NCBI RefSeq assembly: GCF_018977255.1
Contig: NW_024704747.1
Span: 19,406,001-19,470,000 of the forward strand
Direction: 5' to 3'
Length of the DNA: 64,000 nt
Origin: Callorhinchus milii
Taxonomy: Eukaryota
The position numbers and the translations under genes were made by a program. Positions 48,447 to 62,089 of the stretch are shown piece after piece (the first letter of the stretch is position 1; every line of letters starts with the position of its first letter). The notes below the pieces were generated by a model. It had not been told where the DNA came from. It saw nothing but the letters and a program-made list of their open reading frames with translations, and searched no databases.

Positions 48447-51214
48447 CTTGCCTTTTCGCCCCTTCCTTCCCACTTTTAAAGCTTGCCTTAAGACCCTATT
48501 TTTGACTGCGCTTTTGGTCACCTTTCCTCCCACTAGCTTGGGATCACAGTTGGCTCTGCAAAGTGTTTTGAGATGTCCTTCTGATGGGAAAGGAGTTTGT
48601 GGTTTTGCTGATGTTTTCCCTTAATGGAGTACTCAAAGTGTTGCTGCAGTATTTGCCATTGTAAAAGTGGTGCGATATAAAGCTGGACGACGCTTAAACG
48701 TTTTTTCAAACCAGAATATTGAAAGATTATTTTGAGGATTTTTTTAGATCCATACTATCTATACTATCAAGAGGAAGCTTGACCTTCGCTTGAGGGAGGA
48801 GGGAATAGAAGGGTATAAAAGAAAATAAGGAATTGTTGAAGATTTGTGTGGAGTATAAACACTGTTATGGACTGGTTGAGCTGAGTGGCCTGTTTCCGTG
48901 CTGTACATTCATTGTAAATCTTATTTTAAATGAAATAAAGAAATTGAAAACTTCTACTTTTTAGTCAGTCATAGAAATATTAATTTTTATCTATACATTC
49001 ATGTGTTTCAGTCCAATGCACCCCGCCATTCTTTTGACGAGGGGCAGGGCATTGTAAAACTATTGAAAGCATGGCTGAAAGGAAATGTTTTTTTGCATTA
49101 GAGCCATTGTACACTCAGTACAATGTACCACAGTGTTGTATCACCATCTCCGATTTGTGCTTTCAGGTTTCATCATAATTTCCCCTCCTCTTGCACAACC
49201 ATGGTCATAGTGGTGCTGTTAAGCTGCTGTAACACTTTACGCTCATCATGTCTCACCTCTCCAAATAGGCTGCTTTTCCTGTAAACTCACTTCCTGTCAT
49301 GTTTGGTTACTCTTACAGCTCTTTGCTGTCATTATAGAGCTTTCAATTAATGGGGCAGTTGGCCAGCACATTTCTACATTTGTTGTATCATTCTTATTCA
49401 TGCGCCTACTAAACATTTATGACACATATCCCCGTATAAGGAAAGAGAGAAGAGAGATACACAATGTCCATAGGACTATAAAACCATTGCTTTTCATCTC
49501 ACTAGTATCTAAACATTGATCAACGAGAATTATAAATGTCTCCAGCTTATTGGCTTACAGAGTACACCTATTGTACATGGAATGACTGGGACATAAATAC
49601 TGATAATCCAGAGGGAGACCATATGGATCACAATTATCTCCAGCTGTCTGTAAAAGGTGCCTTGGAATGAATTTTGCGTAAAAATATTTCATTAAATTGT
49701 CAGGAATGTCCACCTATTTGCAGCTCTGAAATTGCTTTGGAATGAAAAAGGTTTATTGTTGAAAGTGTAAAGAACCAACAAACACAACATTCACTACAGT
49801 GTTAGGTCATGATAGTCATAAATGAGAGAGAACTGAATGTTTTTGTCAACTTTTAAACTTTGGCCAGCACTAAAGAACATTGTACTGCATAATACAACCA
49901 CCATGACACTGATAAACTGATAAACAGCACGAACCAAGAGAAGATTCAAACTTCACGGCTCTCATACACGCTAGTTATGGTGATGTGTAACAATAGTTAG
50001 TGTCATTGAGATAAATGGTTGAATGCGGTGTACTCTAAATGCAACTCTTCGTTGAATTGACCCAGCAGATCTGTGCCCTCCTGCACAACAATTGTAATTT
50101 CTTTGTGCGTTTGTAGAGGTATCACAGCCTTAGCAGAAAATGGTTACAGACAAATCTTCACTGAAGACCTGACTGCCAGCCAAATACAATACAATACCAA
50201 ATTACATTTGTACAGCACCTTTCATGTTGGGAGGACGTCCCAATGGGCACAGGTAGTCTGTGATCGACTCCCGTCCTTGTTGCAGAGGTAATGTGTTGCC
50301 CCTTGCAGTTTCACAAGCCGGCAGGATAGCTTCTGCTGTTGTTTCAAATGGTACCCATTTGAACTTGACACTGGAAGTGGGCGCAGCAATGGACAGAGAC
50401 AGTATCTGGCCCTAGGGCTTTGAAGTCAATCTCGGCAGGATTCTGCATCAGTGTGGTTGAGATCAGTGTAGAAGATCCGGTGAATTACCATTCATTTTCA
50501 CACTGCAGTCAGCAAGCTGATGTTAATATTGTTAAGCTACAGTCAACATAAAACACATTCCTGCTTCCAAGTCAGCAACATCACTATACTAGGTGGACTA
50601 CATATCATTGTACTTGCAAACCAGGGGTGAGATCAGACTGTAAACTAGTGCTACATTATTTGAAGTAACTCGCAGAGTGAACTAAATTTACCCCCAAGCA
50701 GGTTCCTAAGGCACCTAACAAACCATCAGTGGAGTCTTATAGTTCTTGCAGAGCCACCTGCACTAGCCTTTGAACCCTGTCTCTCTCATTGTACAAGATA
50801 GGACACAATTTCTGAATGCTATACTGCTTTGAGGACTGCCGATCTGCAACAGCTATTTCCTCAATTTGTTCCTGCAATGGAATATAGTACTTATAGTACT
50901 CACTTCCCAATTGTTCCTTATCTCATTGGGTTCTTTTTCCTGTGAATTCAGAAAAGGGCACCTCCAAATGCTTTCTTCAGTTTTATCAGTGTGGCAGCCT
51001 CCACTACTGGTGGGACCCAAGTTGTGGTGGTGATGCCATGGGTTGGGCTGATAGCCTGGGTGGTTCGGTTGGTCGATACTCAGTGGAATGCTTGAGAAGA
51101 ATATTTTGTCTGTAGTGAGATCACATGACATATTTACCTGGGAATATAATAATCCAGATGTAAAATACTTGTAAAACGTGACACCAAAATGATTCAAGGT
51201 GGATACAATACAAT

Positions 51215-51460
51215 ACAATACAAAGTTACATTTGTATAGGGCTTTTCAGGGATTTGGACTCGAGCTGGGGGAGGGTGGGTGTTAAGGGAGGGTGGAGGCC
51301 ACAGAGGGTAAGAGGATGGCTGAAGGCACGGTTGAAGAGGAGGGTCTTGAGATGTGCTTTAAAGGAGGCAAGGGAGGGAGTAAGATAAAGGAAATGTGGG
51401 TTGGAGTTCCAAAGGGGGGGGGGGGCAGAGAGGATGAAAGCCCAACCACCGATGGTGGAT
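51215..51460 (-). mobile_element. L2 3' fragment
   Basis: gaagaggagggtcttgag...ggagttccaaagg...gaaagcccaaccaccgatggtgg, antisense to the L2 3' region. Confidence 0.8.
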
Positions 51461-51969
51461 GATGTATGGTGGATGAAAAAATATGATTGATTAATCCTAT
51501 ATTTTACATGCTAAATATTGAGGAACTTACTTCTAAGTTACCGTCATATAAATAGGTACCAAGCAAAGTGCACCAGAATCAATAGCGAGTTCCACTTCCA
51601 ATTCCATGGCAAAGGGAACACATATTTGCAGCTCCTTCAGGATGGGCATCCTTCTCTGGTGAATGAGCAAGTCTGGTGTTTGAATGGGGCCTTTTCCCCC
51701 CGCTGTTATTTTTTACTACTGTATCATTGAAATGTATTCCGACATGCTTGTTTTTTTGCAGGAAATCGTGTTCGATTGTTCACTAACCGCTCCCAGGTCT
51801 TGCACTGTGCGGGAGAGCTGCAGGGTTGATACTGGTCTCCAAAATAGCTGGGCTTATCCACTACGAGGTGGGTCCTTTTGTTAATCATACATTTTCAAGC
51901 TCCTTTATAAGTCAGCTATTTTCCTCAATTTCAGCCCATTAATATTAATACACAATATAATACTAAGCA

Positions 51970-52260
51970 TAATAATAAGTCTCTACATTTGATACATTTT
52001 TCATATCAGGAGGATGTCACAAAGTGCGTTACCGGATATAATGTATGGTACAGCAGCTGTTTAAATGGAGGGGAACATGGTAGCCAATTTGCACACAGCA
52101 ATTTTTCACAAACAGCCTTGAAGTGAAACAACCAATTTTGTCAGAGAGATTGTTGACCAGGACAGAAGGAGAATGTCACTCACTTTTTGAGCACTGCCAT
52201 GGTGTCTCACATTGAATTGAACAGGCAGGTGGCAAATATTGAATGCTTTGCCCAAATTGA
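51970..52260 (-). mobile_element. Deu-type SINE (degraded)
   Basis: tagccaatttgcacacagcaat...gagattgttgaccaggaca. Confidence 0.75.
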
Positions 52261-53083
52261 CCCCATGGTTGTGAATGAAAGCATCAACCATAATAATTTG
52301 TGAAAAACAATATCAAGTTTCGGAGGAACCAAAAAGTATTTATCATACATTGAGATCCCCAAAGAGATACAAAGGATTCCACTTCCAATTGTTAGAGAGA
52401 ATGATTGGAGGACTCTTAAGTAAATCCTATCTTCACGTAACATCAATAACACATATCTAGTGATGGAAAACTGATAAGGTCAGTCCTAAGCCTCATTGAA
52501 ACCCTTCTTTTGATTCTTGTCTTGATAGTTCGCATTGATTTACATTGGTAGAAAATATTTTTAGCTGCTGCATAGTGTCAGGAGGATCTAAGAATACTTA
52601 AAAATAACAATAGTTGACGGAAGAAGCACTGATTTTAAATAAAGTTAATTACTGAGATCAACTGCTATCTTCCAGTTGCTAATCCCTTATTTATTGCAAC
52701 CCAGTGTAAAAATAAGCTTGAATCATCAAATGCGCATGTTAACACTAAACTTGTATTATGTCTCGATTATGACTAACAAGCCAGTAGGAAACTAAGATGT
52801 CATGTTCTAGCTCTAATCTTACACATTTTACCTGAAAGAAACATAGAAAGGTAAAATCAAATTAATCTTGTTTGGTTTGGTTCAAACCTACCTCTTTGAC
52901 TACCTCTATGGTCAAATTCACCCGCCCATCCCACCACCTGCCCTCAGCGTCCCCACCAGCGTCCTCTTAACTCGTCAACTGAAATGCTTTAATCATCAAC
53001 TTAATAACAATGAATTCAAAACCGTTCATTGTATAACATATTAGTTGTATATAGTCGGACAAGATGTTTATTGATAAGTCACT

Positions 53084-53458
53084 GGGATGTACAGCGAATT
53101 AGTTAGAACACTCACCTCACAAGCGAGAGGACCCAGGTTTGATTCCCAGGCAGGGTAAAACGTTAGGCAAGTTTCCTTACTCCACATGTCTCTGTTTACC
53201 TATCAGTAAATAGGAACTCGGTGGTTAGTTAATTGGCAGATTGCTTTTCCAGGGATAATAATTCCTTAAAAAAAAAAATTTGGTCATTCGATCCACGACT
53301 GTTCGTGGGACACTGCTGTGCGCAATTGGTTGCCACATTTCAGCCACAAAATATACAGTCAATTCACTTTACGGTATATTCTGTGAAGTGCTTTGAGATG
53401 TCTCGAAGACGTGATCAGGCGCTATATCAAATACAACAATTATTATCATTATTATTAT
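53084..53458 (+). mobile_element. SINE, long variant
   Basis: ggcaagtttccttactccacatgtctctgtttacctatcagtaaataggaac plus shared 3' domain and tail. Confidence 0.88.
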
Positions 53459-54474
53459 GATAACAAAAGAGCAAGATTCAAGCACATCTGTTCTTCATCA
53501 ACCAGAAAGCAGCAATTACAGTATCTGATGAATGCACTCCTGCTTTATTTTAATCACTGAGATACAAGCAGTAGACCTGTCTAAATGCTGTATTGAAACT
53601 AAAGAATATTATAAAGTATTAAGCTCCATTAGAAGAAATAGCTTTCTCAACAATAATTTGCACTTGTAGAGTGCCTTTCACATCACTAAGTTTCAAACCC
53701 AAATGGTTATTGCCATCAAACAAGGCTTTGCAAAGGCATTTCAATGAGATGCTTCATAAGTCTAGAATTATGAAAAGCAATTTCAATTGCTTGTATCAGT
53801 TTAAATCAAAAGAACCACAGAATTAATCCAGTTTGCCCAAAATCAAAAAAGAAATTGAAATGGTTCTTTGAGATGTAACATGCTCTTTTTCGTTTCTAAG
53901 GGTGAAGGAGATCAGTAGTCTCAGGGATTTTAGTTTAGTGTGCCCAAGACATGATCAGGCGCTATATCAAATGCAGCGAGTTTAGGTACTGGTCTGGCTC
54001 AATTAGATCTAGTGGACCTAACTGATTTAGTGGAGTCTGGCATTCTTGCCTCCGACTCAGAAGATCTTGGGTTAAAGGGTCATGTCAGGACATTTTTCAA
54101 CGTCAAACTTGATTTCATAACTCAATGATCGGAACCCTAAGACTCACCTTTCTTCTTTAATGAAGAAAAGGAGGGGGCGAGGAAATGCTGTCAGCCAGAA
54201 GGGTGTGATGAGAGAGAGCTGGGTGTGCCAAGAGTGATGTGGGTCGAGGAAGCTTCATGTGGGAGATGAGGAAAGAGAGAGAGTTGCAGGGAGGAAGGAT
54301 CAAAGGCAATGGCAAGAAGGATGGAAGGGTGGCAGAGGGTGTGGGTAGTGGCCAAGCAGAAACAGTGAGTGAATCTGCTCAATTTTGGAATGAGGATCTA
54401 TATCACATCCTCGCTTTTGCAGTTGGAGGTGAGTACTGAACATGCATGGGAAGGTGCACCACCAGCCACCTCCG

Positions 54475-54785
54475 TCACCCAATTTGCACAAGGCAATGTC
54501 CCACAAACAGCCATGAAGTGAATGACCAATTTTATTTGGGGGAAATGTTGGCCAGGACACTGGGAGAAACGCTATTCTCTTTTGAATAGTATTGTGGTAT
54601 TTTTACCATCCACTTGAACAGGCAAATGCATCCTTGGTTTAACTTCTAACACAAACAACAGCACCTTCGACAATGCAGGGCTCCCCCAGCACTGTATTTG
54701 TGTGTCAGCCTAGAATATGAGTGCAAATCCCAGCATTGGGCTTCATCTTGCAAACTTCCTAACTTAGGTGAGAATGCTACCGTCG
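54475..54785 (-). mobile_element. Deu-type SINE
   Basis: gcaatgtcccacaaacagccatgaagtgaatgacc through to head remnants. Confidence 0.8.
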
Positions 54786-54954
54786 CCAGGCTGACAGCTG
54801 TATGTAAATACACGCTGAGATCCACTGCATTGTAATGAAAGCAAATAAAGTGAGATAAACATTATAGTTAACGCACACAAAGTAAGATAGCATCTCATAT
54901 CCGACAGCGCAGAAAGCCTCATGCCATGTATTTGCATGTTCCAGCTTATAATCA

Positions 54955-55490
54955 AATGATTTCAAAACACACCTTGGCACTCGATGGGATCTAGCCTTGC
55001 CAACAGATTTGTGTTGCCCGGAAATTTTCAGAGAATGCCAGTAAGCACACCCAAATCATTGACAGCTTTCCTAATGGATACCTTTTCATCGAGTGTACAT
55101 TCCACATTTTCTCTTCTAAAGTGCATAACCTTACATTTATCCAAATTGAAATGCATCTCACACAGCTCAGCACTTCCATTTAGATGAGTGCCATCAATCT
55201 ACCCAATACTCATCACCTGGCCATTTAGCTTAGTATCATCAACAAATGTTACAGTATAAATATCTCTTGTGAACCATCTATGAATACTGTGAAAAACTGT
55301 TCTCGTGGAGCTGCATTTACGTTTGCACAAGGGGGCCTGGAGTTGCTGTTCTCTGCCACAAATCAATGTTGAGGCTGAGTCCATGACTTCCCTTAAACAG
55401 AACTTATATAGGAATATTACAGAGCAGGGGAACAAGCCTGTTCCAACAGTGGCTCAAGTGGTGAAAATGACAGACTTAATGGGCCAAATG
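54955..55490. mobile_element. CR1 RT fragment (minus) followed by a CR1 3' fragment (plus)
   Basis: Minus-strand FVDDTKL and ccttacatttatccaaattgaaatgcatc at 54955-55250; a plus-strand 3'-end-like stretch follows. Confidence 0.6.
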
Positions 55491-55614
55491 GTCTCTGCTG
55501 TCACTGACAGAATGCTTTGCAATGTGGTTATATATTGCTAGGGCTCAGGGAGGGGAGGGTATGATGTGTACAATACTCCACCAGCCACATTTTCCTTTTA
55601 ATTCAATAATGCCA

Positions 55615-55845
55615 TACATTTATATAAGCATGTTGCACCTCAGTGGGACATCTAAAAAGCACTTTACACTACTGCCTGGGCACCAGAACCAAGGAAAGTC
55701 AAGGGAAAAGATGAACAAAATCACAGTCAAAGAGTAAATCTTGATGTGGGTTTTGATCATGGGGAGGGAGGGGATGAGTCGGAGGGATTCTGGGATTGAG
55801 TTCCAGAGTGCGGGGACAGAATAGCTGAAAGCTCGCCTGCCAGAA
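55615..55845 (-). mobile_element. L2 3' fragment
   Basis: RRAFSYSVPALWNSIPESLR on the minus strand. Confidence 0.75.
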
Positions 55846-56141
55846 TGCCTGAAAACTCTGTTAGGCAACAACAGAGCATCATCCATCTCAAAGCTGGTCT
55901 AACCTTTGCTCACATTGAGTGTTTTGGAGACTTGCGTAGTGAAAACAACTGGTGTCCTATTCTCAGCAGATAGGATTCTTATTGAACCTATATGCCCTGT
56001 TTGTACGAGCCATGTTGGATAGCTTTGTGGTCAGTTCCAATCTGATGGTAGGACATATACACAGCATTACCCACTAGGGATATTATGGCTCCTCTCCCCA
56101 CTCAACCCCCCACCCCCAAGTAAATCAGATGGTGCAATAAT

Positions 56142-56434
56142 GGGGAATAGGAGAAATGAGCAGCAGTCTGAGTTTTCAACAGTGTCACGGGGAAGAAGAT
56201 TTATCCCACTAAGTGCCGGATTAATGGGGAATCTCAACCCGATCTCAGACAGCGACCCAGTTTGGTCCTGCCAGTTCTTGAGGAGTGTGATCTGAGATGA
56301 AACACATCATTGAGAGTTCTGAGTTGTGGCAGCACTTTGCTATCTGGTATCCCCTAACACCCACAAACGGCACTTCAAGCTGGGCACAAGGAGGCATGGA
56401 ATATGAATGAGCAAAATCTCTCCTGAGTTTCCCC
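56142..56434. mobile_element. Degraded palindromic MITE-like element
   Basis: Termini ggggaataggaga and tctcctgagtttcccc; inner arms atctcaga/tctgagat. Confidence 0.5.
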
Positions 56435-56577
56435 TCCTCCTGTGGGAAGATGCCTGACCTCTACTCAGATGCTCCCTGTGTTGAAGATAGAACCTGCGTT
56501 TCTGCATGGTTACCACCCCATTCAGACCACATCTTGAACATCAAACCAAACGGAACAAAGACACAGTTATAATACAA

Positions 56578-57070
56578 CTAATAATCCTTGAATTTGGTAT
56601 CTTGGCTTATCATATGGTTGAAACGTCTCAAAGCGCATCCCAGGGTTACTATAAAGTGTAGTGCGTGTATTTTGTAGGCCACCACAGCAGCCAATTTCAG
56701 TAATAATCCTTGCATTTGATACAGTGTCTTACCAGGCAGTCGAAATATGGCAAAGCACATGATTTATTGTAAAGCGTGATGTAAAGCGTGACAAATGCAG
56801 CAGCCAATTTGTAAAAAGCAATGCCCCACAACCAGCCATGAAGTGAACAACCAATTGTTGACCAAACACTGAGAGAAATTCCCATTTATTTAGTGGTGCC
56901 ACGGGATCTTTAACGCCCACCTGAACCACAGACGGGACCTCAATTTCATGTCTAATGTTAAGAATGGAGCCTCTGACAATGTAGCACACCCCAGCACAGC
57001 ATTGTCGTGTCAATCTGCAATATGAGTTCAAAGTCCAAACCGGGGCTTGAACCTACAACCTTCTGACGCA
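56578..57070 (-). mobile_element. Deu-type SINE plus an additional SINE tail in tandem
   Basis: Two tails (starting 56578 and 56700) and one body and head reaching about 57070. Confidence 0.8.
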
Positions 57071-58077
57071 AATATCCCACAACAGCCCCGAAGCCCATGA
57101 CAATTTTTATCTTGCAGATTGTTGGCCGGAGATTGTTGGCCAGGACAAAGAGAGAAAATTCCCCTCAGTTTCAGTGAAGCGCAATTGCTCTGACAGTCTA
57201 AAGTCATGCTTCAAGCAGCTGATTCTAAGACGAACAACCTGAAGCACCATCTCTGCTGAGTGCGATGATTCCTGCGCCTTCAAGGTAAGTCCCACCCTCA
57301 CGAAAGCACAAACATTTAAATCTTATGGAAATCTGGCATCGAGCAACAAAAGTAAGCACTTGCTTCTCACGGATTCAAGAATAACTATAATATTTGCATG
57401 AGAAAGCTTTCCGAAATAATACCAGCCGGTTAGGGTTTCATTTATTTCATGTTCAAACTGGCTTCTGCAAATTAGCCACAGATTTAATTACACCTTGCTC
57501 CCGAATGTTTTATCACAGACATGCATTGCTATATCCTTATAAGACAGCTATTTGTATTTTGTTTGGTGAGGAACTCTCCTCTCTCATGCATGCTGGTTGC
57601 CACGGTGATCTATATATAGCACTCGCATCAAATGAATCAGCTGTGTCGAAAAATAAGTAAACCTTTCCACAGAAGTTGACAGCGTAAATGCCCTGAGGAT
57701 GCAATATTGACTTAAAATAATACAATGCTCTTGGTAAAAGCTTTCACTAACAAGTTAAAAAAAAGGATGTAAAGCTAGTGTCTCACAGAATTAAATGTAC
57801 AATAGGTGTCTAAATTACATATCTCCCATGTTTGACTCAATTCACCCATAATTTAAGTCATGGCAAGTTGCCAGCCAATGTGGCAGTAACTATTTTGAAT
57901 GCTGTTGAATCAGGAAGCTTATTTAATGAAAAAAATATTCAGCCCCGGAAAAGTGGCATTTTCTTCAGAAATAAATTGATGCTCTCCTGCCCACAATGCC
58001 TCCTCTCGCTCAGCTCAGCCTGTTGTGGAACGAGGAATCAGCATGGATTTACCAGCTCTCTACCACAGCTCCTTATT

Positions 58078-58410
58078 GGAGTCCTGTAGCTCAGTGGTTA
58101 GAGCACTCGCTTTGCAAGCGAGGGACCTGAGTTCAATTCCAGGCAGGTTAGGGCGAAACCTTGGGCAAGTTTCCTTACTCCACACGCCTAATAATAATCC
58201 CTCCAAAACCAAAAACAATAATAAATTGGTCATTTTCAATCTACGACTGTTTGTGGGACATTGCTGTGCGCAATTGGCTGCCGCGTTCGCCCACAAATAT
58301 ACAGTCAATTCACTTTACAGTGTCTTCTGTGAAGCGCTTTGGGACGTCCTCCCGACGTGAAAAGCGCTATATCAAATGCAAGGATTATTATTATTATTAT
58401 TATTATTATT
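58078..58410 (+). mobile_element. Young full-length SINE, twin of 48118-48446
   Basis: Differs from 48118-48446 by only a few substitutions and small indels. Confidence 0.95.
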
Positions 58411-58749
58411 GCATGTTATACAGAGTAACTCGTGGAAAGGCTCAGTCTATAACTCAAGCAGATTTGCTATCTTTAAACCACCATGCAAAACACAACATTT
58501 ACCCGGCAGTCAAATACAGCATTTGGAATGTAGGCAATGTAAAGCATCCAGACCACTGGCCTAATCTTTCCAGTAGATGCAGTTTTTCAAAGCATAGATA
58601 GAAGTATTGGTGGGGTTATGTATCAATGGATCAATGGATTCCAGACAGTGATTAAGCAGGTAAGTACTTCAAATACCTCAAATACCTCAAAATCATCACA
58701 GGGAAGAACTTTTTTTTTTTACGCAGAAGTTTATTAGAACCTAGGCAGA

Positions 58750-58912
58750 GAGCGCCTCGGTTTAATGTCTCATCTGAAAGAAAACAACTCCCAACAAGTT
58801 AGTGTTCTCCCGGCACTGCATTGAAGTGTCAGCCTGCAATGTGAGTTCAAGCCCCAGTGTGGGACTTGAACTCACAACCTTTGACTCGGGTGAGAATCCA
58901 ACCAACTGAGCT
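58750..58912 (-). mobile_element. Deu-type SINE 5' part
   Basis: cctcggtttaatgtctcatc...gggacttgaactcacaacc...accaactgagc. Confidence 0.78.
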
Positions 58913-60024
58913 TGGGAATGCAGAGATCTAGAGAGTACAAGAAAAGGCTTTAACCTCAATCTCAGCAATAATAAAAATAATAATAATCCAGTAGAGCTTG
59001 AAGGCGAATGGAGATAATGTGGGCAGTGGGATTGAATGGTTAGCTTGTTCTGAGAGATGGAGTGGACACAATGACCAAGTGGCCTCCTTCTGCATTGTAA
59101 ATTTCTGTGATTCTATGTAATCCTATTTACTGGTGGTTAAGTAATGCATCGCTTAAGAGGCTCTTGCTTGTGTTTCCTTATGACCCAGGCATTGAATTGG
59201 CAAGTCTTTCCCCTCCTGGAGTTCAAGGAGGAAATGTGAGGGAATAAGAGATAGACATTTGCAACTCCTTCTGAAATGGCAATGAATAGTTTCTTATGAT
59301 TCAGGGCCCTATTGGGGAATGAAGAATTGTTGGAATGTGATAAGCAAGCAAGGCTGCTTGGAAAACCGTAAACCACATTTACAATGGTTGAGCCTGATAC
59401 AGCTAAGCTTGTGAGGTTCAATGGTTAGAACTTTGACCAGCAGTGAACCTAAATGGACCACGATTCCACTAATGTTCCACACTAAATTAAACACTTGCTC
59501 CCCTTGGATTTCATAAGTTATTATTTCGGTTGAGCATTGTGATTGCATTGCATTACATTTTGGAAGAAAGGAAAAGGGTGAAATGACCAGAGAGGTCGAC
59601 TGTAAGAATGAAACTCGCTCTGGACTAAAGAGTGTAAAATAAAGCCCTGTTACTCCTCAATACTCTGCCGACAACTAGCACAGCACTGGAGAAACCTGGC
59701 ATTGAATTGAGGCTCAGGAAATGAGCATTTCTTAATGCATCCGTGATTTATGGATTTTTTAAAAAAAGGTTTCTTTGTGCAGGTGACACCACCATTTGAA
59801 CCTTGCAGAACAGAGATATACAGTAGTTTCCATCAAACAAGACTACTATTCTGCAATCTCTTGCCCATTGGATGTAATTATTTTATAAGGTAACCACAAA
59901 GCAAAATGCGCCAGCATGGTGCTTGCCCAGCGAGGTCTGTCAGGCAGTGCACACTGCCACATCTGGCCAATGAGCCATCCACTCAGGGAGAAAGGAACAG
60001 CCTGAGGTCAGCCATAACTATAAG

Positions 60025-60180
60025 TATAATAATAATCCTTGCATTTGATATAAAGCCTATCATGTCGAGAAGACATCTCAAAGCGTTTCACTGTAAAGTG
60101 TAGAGACTGTCCTTTTGCAGCCAAATTGCTCACAGCAATGTCCCACAAATACCCATGAAATGAATAACCAGTTTTATTTT
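60025..60180 (-). mobile_element. SINE 3' part
   Basis: Tail plus cagccaaattgctcacagcaatgtcccaca. Confidence 0.8.
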
Positions 60181-60714
60181 TCACAGGTGGAGAAATGAGA
60201 TATATGCCAAACATTTTAACTGGTAAGATACAGACCTGTGCATTTTCTTTTCTTTTAGAGAGGGAAAACGGGCAGAAGTAAATACGATCTCTTAGAAAGC
60301 TAAAGCATTGCTGCAAAATACAGTTCCATGCTATTAAGAGAATGCTCCCCAAACTCTAAATGGATATAATTTGAAGAGTTAACTTGGTAAGTGGTTGTGT
60401 TTAAATTACCAATTTCAGTTCAGCGTTACCTTTATTGCACATTTAATTTGCTCAAGTCATCTGTTATGCTGAAGCTACAGTTACAGAGGTGATAGTTGCT
60501 GCTGTCTTCTCATCCGTTAATACAACTACCTCCTACAAAGATTTTACACAAAATGCTTAATGCCTGAATGCTTTTTCACTAACCACCTCCATTAAGAAAT
60601 CTCTCCTTTACTCCCAGGAGTCGATAATGTTTAATTTGCAGTTTCATTAACCCACACTTACAGTATGAGAGTAACCCATGACCCAATTTTAGTTATTTGC
60701 TGTTTTGTGCATTG

Positions 60715-61018
60715 ATCTGCCTATGCTCAGCAAACACCGACTTACTTCACGATCTCCCGTTCCCCACCTGATTTGTCTCACCATCGATGGAAAAAAGTCT
60801 AGCCTTTTGCCCCTGCTCTCTGGACATCCACCCTCAAGTACCTCCTTCTTGCCCCCTCTCTGCCTTCAAAATGTACCTCAACACCTACCTCTTTGATTGC
60901 ATATTTGACCACCTTTACCTTCCTTTCCCCTCCCTCCCTACTCAGCCTTCAGGTCAGCTATGTGAAACACTTTGAAATGTCTTCCTGGCATGAAAGAAGC
61001 TATATAATTGTATTGTTG
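60715..61018 (+). mobile_element. L2 3' fragment (degraded)
   Basis: ccttcaaaatgtacctcaacacctacctctttgattgc...tgaaagaagctatataattgtattgttg. Confidence 0.7.
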
Positions 61019-61364
61019 ATTAAACCAGCCTTACTGATATCTGTAAGATTGCTGTAAATAAAGCATTGGTTTTAAAATTTGCAGAGATTGGTCTGCTCTG
61101 TGGGTTGACATTAGACTGCATTTGCATCACTGCTGTCACTGTCCTTCTTTCAGTTAACAAAGTTGGAATGGAATTAAAAAAGTAACAACATTTGTATTGA
61201 CTGGGGCTAGGATATTCATTGGTTGCTGTGTGGGAGAGAAGACCTTTTCTTCACCTTCGAGTTGGAATCCTACCCAAGACTCAAGTTTGGAAAACTCAGT
61301 GAGAAAAGTGAGAAAAGTCATTCTATCAGGTAGTGTTCATGAACTATTGGACTCTTTGTTTTGG

Positions 61365-61630
61365 AACTGGGAAGTTTGAGGGATGACATGATGAAGGTGT
61401 TTAAGGATAAGAACGGGCCCAAGAGAATTAAGAATGACTTCTCCCAGAGGATAGTCAGGGAGATATTTGCCAAGGTAGCTGTTAGAACAGCCAATTGTGG
61501 CATTTGAAAAGGAATTGGACAAGCATATTAGATAGTATGGCGAAATGGAAGGGAATTGGGATTAGGATATTTGGCTTCCTGGAAGAGTAAACACCGATAC
61601 ATTAATGATCTGAATGGCTTCCTACTCGTG
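61365..61630 (+). mobile_element. CR1 3' fragment
   Basis: ttgaggggatgacatgatgaaggtgtttaag...gcatttgaaaaggaattggacaagcat. Confidence 0.65.
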
Positions 61631-62089
61631 ATCCATTCCAATGCTCCATGCTGTTAGATACCATCAACCTGGTTGTGTCATTTAAATAAACCATTGGAAT
61701 TTTATTATAACTAGCAGCCCTCCAAAATTAATTGCAAACCAGGAGAGGAAATATGACTGGCAGAATTGTTCATGATGAAGACTCTCTGAGAGTTTTCCCG
61801 GAATGCTGTTACCAACTTTTGTGATTAGCTAAACAACAACAAGGATGCAGACGGCTGCTAATTCCTTGACAGGAAGGAGGTGACGTCAGGCTTCTTTCTG
61901 CCCCGGAAATGGCCCTTCTTTAGAAAATCCAAAATAAGAATCCAGTCGTTGCCATCTTATTTATCTCCCGAGGTGTGTTGTCAGTTGACGGGTGCAGTGA
62001 GGAGGAACAAAGTGGTGGCTGTTCTCTTAACATTTCCACTGGTGGTGAGTCAGTGAGTAGAGGACATTAATTTAACATCAATAGCAAGG

